A DNA stretch of 64,000 nucleotides from Anolis carolinensis (lineage: Eukaryota). Below, piece after piece: positions 1 through 11,694 of the stretch (position 1 is the stretch's first letter; every line of letters begins with the position of its first letter). Made by a program: the position numbers and the translations under genes. Below the pieces are notes generated by a model that saw only the letters and a program-made list of their open reading frames with translations, was not told the DNA's origin and searched no databases. Location: the NCBI RefSeq assembly GCF_035594765.1, contig NC_085843.1, positions 59,256,201 to 59,320,200 on the forward strand. Reading direction: 5' to 3'.

Positions 1-84
1 CGATTGGGGATCGAAAGTTACAATTCCCTTTGCTAGACAGATAGTTCCCCACACTTTTCAAGGTCCATGTGATGAGATCCTATG

Positions 85-165
85 TCAGGCACCCATGTGG
101 ACTATTTTGGATTTTGGGGTATTTCAGATTTCAGAATTCCAGATAAAAAATACTCCAATTCTATG
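85..165. mobile_element. Tigger/MER46-like (Tc1/mariner-pogo) terminal fragment
   Basis: ggattttggggtatttcagatttcagaattccagataaaaaatactc matches the terminus at about 18890-18937 and resembles Tigger4/MER46 ends. Confidence 0.45.
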
Positions 166-346
166 TAGCATTTCCAGCAGATTTTTTAAATCCACTGTCA
201 AACTTGACACCATTGACTATCAGTTGAAATAAATTTTGGAACCTGCAGGTCTCGAAGAACCAAGTAGATGTCAGCATCTTTTTTTTTTACAGAAAAATGC
301 TCAGTGCAACAATAGCTCTATTCAGGTGTTCTTTATACGGCTATAG

Positions 347-480
347 CAGAATCATAAAATCATAGAAAGGACCCAAAGAGTGATCCTTGCCATGCAGACA
401 TATGCACATAATGTATTCCTGACAGACATCCATGAAGAACCTGAGTTTACACAACTCCAATGAGTCCACCATCCTCTAAG
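347..480 (-). mobile_element. CR1 LINE 3' end fragment
   Basis: agaatcataaaatcataga is the reverse complement of the CR1 (ATTCTRTG)n tail, followed by CR1-like 3' sequence. Confidence 0.55.
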
Positions 481-545
481 GCAGTTGTTCTCAACCTGTG
501 GGTCCCCAGATGTTTTGGCCTTCAACTCCCAGAAATCCTAACAGC
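481..545. mobile_element. hAT MITE half
   Basis: cagttgttctcaacctg terminus plus ttcaactcccagaaatcctaacagc, shared with the MITEs at 37075 and 42873. Confidence 0.6.
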
Positions 546-1355
546 TTGAGGTTTTTCTTGAACAGAGTGTGGATGCTCAAGATCAAATTCCTGAAAGAGG
601 CCCATAACAGTCTTTCTCTGAGAATCTGTTTTCTGAGGATGATTTGTCAAGTGCAGAATTTAATGAGCTTGAAGATAGAAAACAATACTTTAGTAAATTA
701 AGAGAGCGTTCCGAGGTTCGTCAAAGGTCAGCCTGTCTACAGGGGAAAAAAGGAGAACAAATCCTTACCTGGCTGTAAAGTGAAACAGAATGTGTTATTT
801 TTCATTGCATGATACAGGGAAGGCTTTATAAGACAGAAAGGAATTATTGTAGCTCAGTTTGGTCAACGTTGAATACTCATGAGGATCTTGTTCCCAAGTC
901 TTTTTTCCAAGTGGATTTCTAGTTTCATGATTCCAGAACTGCCAAGTTCTTATTCTGGGTTTTGGATCCCTATGCTGCCTTGCACTTTTGGATTTTGCAA
1001 CCTTGTTTCTTGTGTTTTTGTCTTTATACCTTGAAGTATCTACACAAACAACAAGATGGTCTATTTACAAAGAAAATATAATGTCCAAATAGCATATAGT
1101 ATTATTAAAGTTTCCCGTATAAAGCTCAATTCGGTAGTACCAGACAAAATGAAAAGGAGCAACAGCTCTAACACAAAAGTTATCTAAGTCTGATATTGGC
1201 TCCAATGTATATACGCTTCAGGGATACATAATCAATACAAATATCTTCCAAACAAAGTAAACAGACAGTTGGTCATGTTGCTGTATACAGAATGAAGAAA
1301 ATAATGATGGAGCACCGCTCTCAAGAAAGTCTTCGCAAGTAAAGTCCAAATAAAG

Positions 1356-1435
1356 TCCCAAGTAAAGTCTACAGGGGTTCCCGCGTATTTTTGTACCCTG
1401 TTTCGGGGAAAAAAATCCCCTTCTTCAGGAGTTGG
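1356..1435 (-). ncRNA. Type I hammerhead ribozyme motif
   Basis: Minus strand reads CUGAAGA (1428-1422), stem II GGGGA/UCCCC, GAAA (1404-1401), stem III ACAGGG/CCCUGU, GUA cleavage triplet (1372-1370), and imperfect stem I AACUC/GACUU. Confidence 0.8.
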
Positions 1436-1795
1436 TATAATCAGCAACAATGAACTTATATCTAAAACAAAACGTAGAGTAACAAGTATTTTACGAGCAG
1501 TATTAACAGAAGTAAAGGTAACCCATATAACTGTTGTATACTTACATAGTGCCTAATTGCTTACAAGAAGTGACTCTGCTTGTGGTGATTTCAACTGCGA
1601 GTGATTCTGAAGGTTCATTCAAAGGTTTATAAAGAGTACTTGGTAACTTAAAGGAAACAGCTAAAATTAAGTGTTTAATTAAGTCCCTGAGAGGAAAAGG
1701 TTTTAAACTTAGAGATCCAGTACATTTCCCTTTGGGATAATAGTTTTTCCAAGTCCATATAAGGTTTTTGAGTAATGCATTCCAGAGCACAAAAA

Positions 1796-3112
1796 TTAAT
1801 ATGAGGTAGATGAATGTTTGTTTTGTCTGAAGTGTGAATATAGAAGAGACACTGTAGATAAATTTTTGATTCTGGATTTATATTCAGAGATTCTGATTCT
1901 CAAGGGTTTGGTTGTCTTTCTGATATACCAGAGATCACAATCACATGTCAAGAGGTAGATTACATTACTGCTATTACAAGTAGAAAAATGTTTTAGTGTG
2001 GTGCCCACTTTGTTCCTATGATTATATATCTCCTTAGTCTTCCAAGATTGAGGACAACACTTACAGTGACAACAGGGGTAATGGCCTCTCAGGGTGCTCT
2101 TCGGTGTACTAATGGGAGTGATTAAATCTGTATGGATTAAAAATTCTCTAATATTTTTGGTACGTCTGTTTGCAAAAATAGGTAATTTATCGCAACCTGA
2201 AATATCTTGAAGATGATGCCAGTGCTTTTTTATAATTTGGATTATGTGTTCGGAATAATGAGTTAATTCTTGTGTCCAGATAATTTGATTTTTTGAAGGT
2301 TTAGAAGATTATTTCAGTAGGGTGGTTCTATCAGTTTTTTCGGCTTTAATTAATGCTTTTTTAAATGACATCTTTAGGATAGCCTCTATTTCTAAACTCC
2401 TGGCTTAAAGTAAGACTTTAATGAATGAAGTGTTCATTAGAGGTTGAGTTACGTTTTAGTCTGAGTAGTTGTGAGAATGGAAGATTGGTCTTTAAACCAA
2501 AGTGGTGGAAGCTGTTATAATGAATAAAAGAATTTTTATCTGAGGGTTTTCTGAAGTTCTTGACCAAAAGTTTTTTATGATATTTATATACAGTAGCATC
2601 CATAAAATTGATATGTGACAGGTTGAGATGACTGGTAAACTTTATGGATGTATGTATAGTGTTAATCCAATTAGAAAATTCTACTGCGGCCTCAGTTGTT
2701 TTAAATACCATGAATATGTCATCAATAAATTGGCCATAATATATTATATTGGCATAGTACATATTTAAAGATGGATTTAGCAATATAGTACTTTCTAGAT
2801 TTGCCATAAATAAATTGGCAACAGAGGAGGCCAACGGACTTCCCATTGCCACACCAAAGACCTGAAAGTAGAATTGATTTTGAAAACGGAAATATTTTTT
2901 CTCCAGTACTATGTCTAATAGGTCCATCAAGAAATGTGTGGGTGGTTGTAACTTGGTTCTACTACAAAGGATATTCTCTATGATGGTACGGGGCTCATCT
3001 AATGGAATGTTAGTGTAGAGTGAGGTGACGTCAATAGTAACTAAAATGCTATCCTCCTAAATTTTAAGATTTTCTACAATGTTAATGAAGTGCTTTGTGT
3101 CTTTAATAAAGG
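1796..3112 (-). pseudogene. PLE reverse transcriptase / GIY-YIG endonuclease, with stops and frameshifts
   Basis: Consecutive minus-strand ORF fragments with PLE motifs (FIKDTKHF, DVTSLYTNIP, GVAMGS, FIDD, GIY-YIG). Confidence 0.85.
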
Positions 3113-3855
3113 TTGCACTTTTGGATTTTGCAACCTTGTTTCTTGTGCTTTTGTCTTTATACCTTGAAGTTCATAGACGATTTGTTACCTATTAAAGATA
3201 CCGTTTTCAGACTATACTGTTTGCATCATCTTTATGGTTTGCATCTTTTTTATTGCTTGCCTCTCATATAATCTTCAATAAACTGCTTGCTGGTTATACT
3301 GGTGTGGTGTTTAAAGTCAGAGGTGTTTCTGCACTGAGATACAACAACTGCATTACATGAGGCTACACTGACCTTATAATAAAGTTTGAAACTGCATGAT
3401 ATGGTACATCAGGTCTAAAGCAAGCCATTCCACTATCTAATGACTCTTAATATAAGGAAGTTATTTCCAATGGCTTGTGTCTAAGAGGTTGTCTACACCA
3501 GCAATTCAGAGTATGCTGTCCTGGAGCTCCCCCTTTAGAGTATTCACTGACTTTGTGCAATGAGTTATTAACCATGGAAGTCACCAAATGCTGTGGGAAC
3601 AGCCAGTAGTGGATTTAAAGTGAGTCTGAGTTTTTTAATGTAACCTTGCCCTAGAGCTATGGATTACATTACAGCTCAGACATGGTTCTGGAGGTGAGGA
3701 GATGTTGTAGCCACTTTGTTCAATATCTCTCTGCATTTTAGAAAAAAATAACTGAAGATGGTAAATTCATCAAACAATTTTGATTGTGGAGCATCACAAG
3801 ACAGCACAAGTAGGCCTTCCAACTGGTGGTTTTCACTGGTATAGTTTTCTCAGAC

Positions 3856-4002
3856 TTGATCTACACTGCCATATAATCCAGTTTCAAAATGCAGATTACC
3901 TGCTTTGAACTGGATTACATGAGTCTACACTGCCATATAATTAAGTTCAATGCAGTAAAACTACATTCAGAAACTGCATTATATGACAGTGTAGATGGGG
4001 CC
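3856..4002. mobile_element. PIF/Harbinger-like palindromic MITE
   Basis: atctacactgccatataat...attatatgacagtgtagat inverted ends; same family as 63222-63358. Confidence 0.7.
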
Positions 4003-5402
4003 TCTGGGGACTTTTTACTTGAGACCTAATTCAATAGAAAACATAATCTCAAATAGCTTTGCTGTTAATTAGCTCAGACATTGATAAAACATTCCCATTA
4101 GAGCCTCATAACATTTTAATTGTTGGAATGGAACTTAATATATCCTAACTCAATGAGCATGTGTTAAGTCCCTTAGCCTCTGCACATTTTAGTAGGTCCC
4201 AGAAAAAACATCTGGCACAATTTGGAAAGATTTTGCTTCATTAAAATATGTTAGTTTGGTTTTAAAAAGCAAACTACCATTTTCTTGGATGCACATGAAC
4301 ACAGAGATCTCTTAAGTGCCACCTCCTCCTTTGTAAAAGTTGCATTCTTAAAAGAGTAAGTGGTGGTGATTTTTTATTTCATTAGCATCATAGATGAATC
4401 CACGGTGTCATGAGATCTGAATTGGTTGATGTTTAGAAAGCTAAAACAAGAATCATATTTTAGCAAATTGAATCAAAACCACGCACAGAGAAATAAGATT
4501 GCTGAATAGTGTTCATAATGATAGTAATTTGTTTCAGAGTTAAGAGTTTCTGTTTTGGCAGAGTGTAGGTCTGAGGAGTTAAAGGGACAAAAATGTTGAA
4601 AGAAAATTCATCAGGTTTTTTTTTTCTATCTGTACAATTTAGACTGAAATAGTTAGGGTAGACAATAGTGTTCTATTGTCTGAAGCTTTAAATTTTAGTA
4701 CTACCCCTTTCCATGTCTATTCAGAAGTAAGATTTTGTGTTTTCGACATAGCTATTCTAGAATAAAGTCCCATTGGATTCATTTTCTGCTAATTGAGAAT
4801 ACAATTGAAGCTTTAAGGAAGTAGCCAGAAGCTGCTGATAGGATGATGTCTTGTTTCTTTCAATTCTGTATAGATATTTGCCACCTTTGGGGTGGTGAAT
4901 GTAATTTAAAAGGTATGATATAAATATGTGGAATAGAAATCACTAAATAAATATGTGCCTTTCATTCATTTGTGACTCCAACACTGTGAGCTTTCTGTGC
5001 TGCAAAATACTGCACTTCAGTTGGCACTGGGTGATATGAAATCCTGTGGTAATAAGTTTGTGATAGCTCATCATCATAGGCAATGCATCTCTTGACACTA
5101 TGGTTACTGAATGTCAAAACTGCATGTAAGAACTAGCCCCATGTTCATTTCAGTTCCTTTCTGAACTTTTAGGCTGCTTCTTGGATCAAGACTGAACACA
5201 CCTGTCTGTAAACACATTAGACAAAATTGAAAAATATGTATAATGTAGTCTGTGACTCCAGAGTAAGCCTTATAGACTGCATAACCACCAATTAGTTTGC
5301 CCTGCTATAGAATCACTCATTAAATGCATCCCTGCTTGAATGAGTAGCAAGATTTCATTGAAATCACTTTCTTTGGACATAAATAAAAATCTGAATTTTT
5401 AA

Positions 5403-5638
5403 TGTGTCAGAAGCGACTTGAGAACATACTGCAAGTCGCTTCTGGTGTGAGATAATTAGCCGTCTACAGAGACGTTGCCCAGGGGATGCCTCGATGTGTT
5501 ACCATCCTGCTGGGAGGCTTCTCTCATATTCCCGAAAGCTAGAGCTGACAGAGAGGAGCTCACCCCCATTTCATGGATTCAAACCAGTAACCTTCAAGTC
5601 AGCAGTCCAAGAGTTTAACCCATTGTGCTACCAGGGCT
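5403..5638 (-). mobile_element. tRNA-derived SINE with a 3' stem-loop (Vingi-like tail)
   Basis: Minus-strand head with A-box-like tggtagcacaatgg and B-box-like ggtttgaatcc; 3' hairpin cagaagcgacttg...caagtcgcttctg. Confidence 0.7.
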
Positions 5639-6149
5639 AAATTCATTTTATATTTCATTTTATTTTATATAATTTCATTTTATCTATTTTATATGAATAA
5701 AAGTGTGCCATTGTGCCCATTTCTCCCATTGTATTAATACTACATGGATACTTTATTGTTGAGGAAGTACAATTTCAAGATGCAAAGGGCAGATCCTGAG
5801 GGTATAATAGAAGGGATGTTTCTGAGGGTTAAGTGCAAAGACTATTTCTCTAGAAATCAAACACTGAACTTTGTTCTACATATGCTGCATTTTACATATT
5901 CACCCTATGAAACATCAGAACATGAAAGCACAGTGAGAGAACATTTTATATGTGAAAGGAAGCAATGGAACATGAATATCACAGAATTCTCTAAAAGCAG
6001 CATTCTTCTTCAATGTCACTGAATTCTGTACAATTCAGTCTTCAGTGCCTTATCTACATATGGCCTACTTGATGCAATTTTATATATTAGTCACAATGCA
6101 ACTTATTGAGTAATCCAAATCTGTAGTCATCTAGATGGTGACGAAGTTA

Positions 6150-6210
6150 ATTTATTAATTTATTTCCGATATTTCTACCCCACCCTTCTCCCCAAGGGGA
6201 CTCAGGACGA
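6150..6210 (-). mobile_element. L2 / L2-tailed SINE 3' tail fragment
   Basis: cccttctccccaaggggactcagg, reverse-complement match to the L2 tail at 31285-31330. Confidence 0.55.
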
Positions 6211-7006
6211 AGTCCCCTTGGGGAGTGGAGATGTATCTAGTAGCAAGGAAAAAGGAGGCCTGGACATATTTGACCCAAAGGTTCCAGTATAGATTCAGAA
6301 AGTTCTTCTTTCTGTACTTTTTCTCTGCAAGTGCACCAGCACGAAGCCCTGCAACTACACCAAACCTTGCCTGAACCTTCTTCATAAAAACTGATGGAGT
6401 CTGGGGGAGGGATGGGGAGAGGAAAGGGGATAAAAAACTCCAGCAAGAAAACCAACTCCACAGCCCAGTCTGCTTTTGGAAATTGTTATCTTTTTTTACT
6501 TAACCTTTCTTTACGCAGAATTTCTTAGTAACATACCATATGTACTATTAGTTTTCTCTGCAAGGGTAATTGTATAACTTTTAAACAATGCAGACTCAAC
6601 CCAGCTAACAATTTTTTTTATTTTTTTTATAAATGAGTTTTTATTGATTTTGCAAATAAAAAAAATTTACAGTGACGGTGTGTGCACGATAAATTATAAG
6701 AACAAAGGGGGAAGAAATACAATGATGAAGCGAAAAGAAGAGAAGAAGAAAGGTGAAGCAAAAAAAAGGGGGAAAGTAATAGGAACATATAATAAAACAT
6801 ATAAACAAAAACACAAAACAAAAACATGTGTAGTAATAAAATTTAACAGAGTGACTTCCATCTCTTACACAACTACTTTAAGAGGTTTGTATTTGTACCT
6901 CTTTTTCCTTTCTTTTTCTTTCCTTCTTTCTGTTTGGTGACCACATCTTCTTATATCTTTCTATTAATATACAGGTCTTTTATATAGTTTATTTAAATAA
7001 TACAAA

Positions 7007-10000
7007 TTATATTAGCACCTTCATTTGCATTTCTAACAAGTACTTTTTAACCGGTTCCCAATTGGTTTGTTTTTTTGGAATACTGTAATTATTTTTTAAT
7101 AAGTATGTTAGTTTGTCCATGTTCATTATTTCCATGATCTTAATTAACCAACAATCTAGTTCCGGAATTTCTTTCTTTTTCCAATATTTGGCATATATAA
7201 TTCTAGCCGCCGTGGTGAGGTAATTGAAGAGCATTTCTTTGTTTTTATTATTTTCAATATTAAGCATTCCCAGGAGGAAGTATTTTGGGTCTAAGTCTAT
7301 TTTAATTTGCAACATCTTTTGTATTGCCTGGTGGATTTCTTTCCAATATTTCTTTGCTTTTTTGCAAGTCCACCAACAGTGGAAGAACGTTCCAATTTGA
7401 TCTTCACATTTCCAACACTTGTTTGAACTTTTTTTGTAATATTTTGATATTTTTTGGGGGGTCAGATACCAACGGTAAAACATTTTGATCCAATTTTCTT
7501 TCAATTCTGTTGCGTATGTTATTTTTAATCTGGAGTTCCAGGCCTTTTCCCACTCTTCTAAATAGATTTTTTTGCCCAGATTTTTGGCCCATTCAACCAT
7601 ACTATCTTTTACTGGTACCGTTTCTGTCTCCCATTCTATTAATTTTGTATATATCTTAGATATTTGTTTTCTTTCTAATTTCATCACTCTCTCCCAAAAA
7701 CCTTCTGATTCTTCAAAACCCAATTTTTTGTCTTTGTTATAGTATTCTTTTAATTGTCTATATTGGTACCATCCTACATTACCGAATTTCTGGTTAATCT
7801 CTTCTTGGCTTTTCATGTTGTATGTCCCGTTTTCTTTAATTAATATATCCTTATATCTCGGCCAAATATCTCCTCCCGTTTCTCTCCTCTGGCCTGCTTC
7901 TAATGGGGAGATCCATTTTGGAGTTTTCTGATATAGTTTCTTTTTGTATTTCTCCCATATTTTTATCAGCGATGATCTAATAAAGTGGTTGCCAAAATAT
8001 TTTTCTGTTAATTTCCGATCGTACCATAGGTATCCATGCCATCCCGCCCTTAAGTCTATTCCTTCTAACGCTAAAATTTTAGTGTTTCCCAATGTAGACC
8101 AATCTTTCACCCAATTTAGACCACTTGCATCATGGTAAAGTTGGAGGTCTGGAAGGCCCAGACCTCCTCTCTTCTTCTCGTCTATTAGGTAAATCCTTTT
8201 AATTCTCGGTTTTTTCCCCATCCAAATGAATTTGCTTATTTCTTTATTCCAATTTTTAAATTTCTGGGTGTTTCTAATAATTGGTATATTTTGGAATAGA
8301 AATAGTAATTTGGGCAAGATAGACATTTTTATTGCTGAGATCCTTCCTAACAACGATAGTTTTGCATACTTCCATCTTTCTAAATCCTTTTGTATTTCTT
8401 TCCATTTATGGTCATAGTTATTTTCTAATAATTGTGAATTTTTTGCCGTTAATGTTATTCCTAGATATTTTATTTTCTTCCTAATCTGAATCCCAGAAAT
8501 TCTCATTAGCTCCTTTTGTCTTTTTTCCGTCATGTTTTTTGATAGTAATGCGGTCTTGTCCATGTTTATCTTTAAGCCCGATTTTTCTCCAAATTCTCTT
8601 ATTTTAGAGAGCCAAAGGTGAATTGTGTTTATTGGGTCTTCTATTACACAGATAAGATCATCCGCAAAGGCCCTTAACTTATAATTGTGCCTTCTTATTT
8701 TTACACCTTTTAAGTTGGGATCTTCTCTAATATTGTTTAATAAGATCTCCAATGAGAAAATGAACAACAGTGGAGACAACGGGCATCCTTGTCTGGTTCC
8801 TTTGCTTATTTTGAAAGGTTTGGATTCTTCGGAATTTATTTTAATTTTGGCTTCTTGATTGTTATAAATTTGATTAATTGCGTTTGTAAATTTGTAACCC
8901 ATATCCAATTCTTTAATTAGTAGTTTTAAAAAATCCCAATTTAGGTTGTCGAAAGCTTTTTCCATATCGATGGTAAGGAGAGCCAATTCATCTTTCTTAG
9001 AAAATTCATAGTATTCTATTATATTTATAATTTCTCTTACGTTGTCTTTCATTTGTCTTTTTGGTAGAAAGCCCGTTTGCTCCTCTCCTATCCATTCTTT
9101 CAGGAATTCTTTCAATCTTTCAGCCAATATGCTCGTGAAGATTTTATAATCTGTATTTAACAGGGAGATTGGCCTGTAATTTTTAACATTTTTGGAGTCG
9201 TGTCCTTCCTTTGGGATCATTGTTATTATTGCCTGGCACCAGGATTCTGGAATTTTTTGGTTGTCTAAAACTTTATTCATAACTTTTTTAAGGTATGGTG
9301 TGACTTCCTCCGTAAATACTTTATAGTATGTCCCACTAAATCCATCCAGCCCTGGGGCTTTGTTCCCATCCATCTTATTTATTGCCACTTTAATTTCCTT
9401 CTCTGTTATTTCCTTGATTAGTAACTCTCTATGTTTTTCGGATAATTTTGCCAATTTTTGTTTACTGATAAATTGAGATATTTCATCTTCTCCAATCTGA
9501 TCTTTAGTGTATAGTTTGGCATAAAAGTTTTGGAATTGTGCCATTATTCCCTGTTCTGTTGTATGTTTTATTCCTTCTGAAATGATTTCCGTAATTGTAT
9601 GAGCTTGTTTTTTTTCCCTAATTTTCCAGGCTAGCCATTTGCCTGGCTTATTGGCATTCTGAAATTGTTGCTGCTTTATAAATTTTAATTTTTTTGCTGT
9701 CTCCTCTAATTCTTCGTTTATTTTTTGATTTCTCAGGCTTTCCAAAATTTTTTTGATTTTTTTGTTGTTTGGGTCCAGTTTTAGATTTTTCTCATTTATT
9801 TTAATTTCCTCATTAATCTTACTTATAGTTTTATTTTTCAATTTGTTTTTTTGGGCATTTTGCTGAATAAAATGACCTCGCATGACCGCCTTACTTGCAT
9901 CCCAAATTGTTTGAACTGAGGTTTCCACTACGTCGTTCAATTCAAAGTATTCCTTCAATTTTTTTTTATTTTTTTGGATATCCTCCTCAGATTTTATTAA

Positions 10001-10731
10001 GTTCTCATTTAGTTTCCAGAATGACTTCCTTTGTTTCTCGTTAATCGTAAATTCTACCGGACAGTGATCCGAGATGTTCCTAGGGACAATTTTTATTTTG
10101 GACACTTTGAGAATCAATGGAGGGGTCATCCAGACCAAATCTATTCTCGACCAAGAATTGTGTCTATTAGAAAAGTAGGTGAAATCTTTTTCTTCCTCAT
10201 GGAGAATTCTCCAGGTATCTTTAAGTTCCCAATCTTGTAGTGTTTTGATGAAATTAATTGCCAATTTGCCTGAATTTGAAGTACCTGTCCTATCCTTATC
10301 CGGATCTGGAACTCCATTAAAGTCACCCATAATCATCAAGTCATCAAATTCTTGTTCTTCTATTTTACTTTTTAGTTTTTCCAAAAAAATTGTTTTTGAC
10401 CCGTTTGGCGCGTAGATGTTGCAAATTAATGTTATCTGATTGTGTACCTTTATCTTTACTCCTATCATTCTTCCCTCATCATCCTTGAAAGCTAATTCTG
10501 GCTCAAATTTTGGATTTATATATAATACAACACCTTTTTTTCCGAGGCAGCTGATACAAATTCTTTCCCTAGTTTTTCCTGAGTTAAATGTGCTATATGT
10601 CTATGGCAAATGTGGGTTTCCTGGAGTGCTATTAAATCAAATCTCTGTTTTTGCAATTGTTTGAATAGAATTTTCCTTTTATTAGGTGTGGTCAACCCGT
10701 TAACATTATTGGAGTGACATTTTATTTGCAT
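7007..10731 (-). pseudogene. L1 ORF2 (APE endonuclease, RT, CCHC) with one frameshift at 10535-10541
   Basis: 10516-10731 encodes the EN start (NNVNG, LQETH). 7007-10468 continues in another frame with NIYAPN, GDFN, RIDL, SDH, KGTRQGCPLSP, FADD and CWKC...HCWWTC. Confidence 0.93.
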
Positions 10732-10734
10732 ATT

Positions 10735-11694
10735 TTAGTGTTGGGTGACTTCTTCTTCTTCTTCTAAGTTAATCAAATTGGGGGTTTGTGATATAGTTAC
10801 TTTGTCGCTTTTTTCGGGGGAGATAGTTCTGGCTCTTTTTCTGTCTCTTTCCGTTGCTGGTTCTGATGTGGTTGGTGCGTTTTCCTTTTTCATTAGGTTC
10901 TTGTAAAAGTCCTTTGCTTTCTCTTCCGATGTTATCCACACCTTTTCTTGATTGTATGTGGCCATAATACCCTCTCTTCTTTCCCACCGGAATCTTACGT
11001 GTCGTCTTTTTAGTTCCTCTGTGAGGAACAGGTATTTTTTGCGTTTCTGCATTGTACTTGCCGGATGTTCTTTTAGTATTGTCACTTTCTGGCCTTTATA
11101 GTGAATGGTGTTCTTTTTGCTCGTTTTCAATACTTCCTCTCTTATTTTCCTTCTTTCGAATTGTACTACCACATCTCTCGGTACTTGGTTTTTCCTGGAA
11201 AAGTCGGTAGTTACTCTGTAGGCTTTTTCAATCCAATCATCCATTTCTTCGTCTTGCACCTGGAGGAGATCTGCTAGGATTTGGGTTGTGATTTGTCTGA
11301 GATTTTCTTTGGGTTCTTCTATGACGTTTCTTATTCTTATCTGATATTCTAATTCTTTTCTCTCCAAGTTTTCTTGTCTTTCTTCGAGTCTAGTATTTTT
11401 AATTTCTAGTTTTTCCACTCTAGTTTGGAGTTTTTCTTGATTTTTCTCCATCTTTTGCTTCTCTTCCTTGACTTCTTTCATCTCTTTTTGTAGATCTTTT
11501 ATCTCTCTCTTCACCTCTGTGAATTCTTCTGATAGCTCTTTCCTCATATCTATCATTTGCTCTTGAAGTAATTTTTGGTTATCTGTAATTTTTTGAAGTT
11601 CCCTCATCACGTCCCTTAAATTTATTTCCTCTGTCAAAGATCCTTTTCTCCCCGTAGTCTTTTTTTCTTCTAGCTTCAGTTTTTGCGACGACAT
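10735..11694 (-). CDS. L1 ORF1p (coiled coil plus RRM/CTD), 319 aa, intact
   Basis: Uninterrupted ORF with heptad-rich N-terminus and IRIRNV, EKAYRV, PRDVVV motifs typical of L1 ORF1; directly upstream of ORF2. Confidence 0.92.
   Translation of the reverse strand: MSSQKLKLEEKKTTGRKGSLTEEINLRDVMRELQKITDNQKLLQEQMIDMRKELSEEFTEVKREIKDLQKEMKEVKEEKQKMEKNQEKLQTRVEKLEIKNTRLEERQENLERKELEYQIRIRNVIEEPKENLRQITTQILADLLQVQDEEMDDWIEKAYRVTTDFSRKNQVPRDVVVQFERRKIREEVLKTSKKNTIHYKGQKVTILKEHPASTMQKRKKYLFLTEELKRRHVRFRWERREGIMATYNQEKVWITSEEKAKDFYKNLMKKENAPTTSEPATERDRKRARTISPEKSDKVTISQTPNLINLEEEEEVTQH

Larger units (their letters stand above)
1038..3112 (-). mobile_element. Penelope-like retroelement, Neptune-type, 5'-truncated and degenerate
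   Basis: RT ORF 2418-2930 (FYFQVFGVAMGSPLA, FIDDIF); Cys-rich linker GHYPCCHCKCC near 2050-2085; GIY-YIG ORF 1796-2008 (CNSSNVIYLLTC...YIRKT...RISE); hammerhead-bearing 3' region. Confidence 0.9.
546..3346 (+). mobile_element. LTR remnant (546-1037 and 3113-3346) split by the Neptune insertion
   Basis: TATA-like TTTATAA at 825-831, AATAAA at 3277-3282, and a ...tacaaCA terminus at 3346; the halves join through the 58-bp duplication. Confidence 0.55.

Noticed and set aside
845-3346. tattgtagctcag / ctgagatacaaca as the LTR termini
   Set aside because: No TSD, and LTR-like sequence including the TATA box continues upstream of 845
5744-6022. 92-aa ORF and the many other 60-120 aa ORFs in unique DNA
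   Set aside because: No recognisable domains or convincing splice signals; expected by chance at this length
6644-6940. Lys-rich 98-aa ORF
   Set aside because: Antisense of the T-rich L1 3' UTR; compositional artefact
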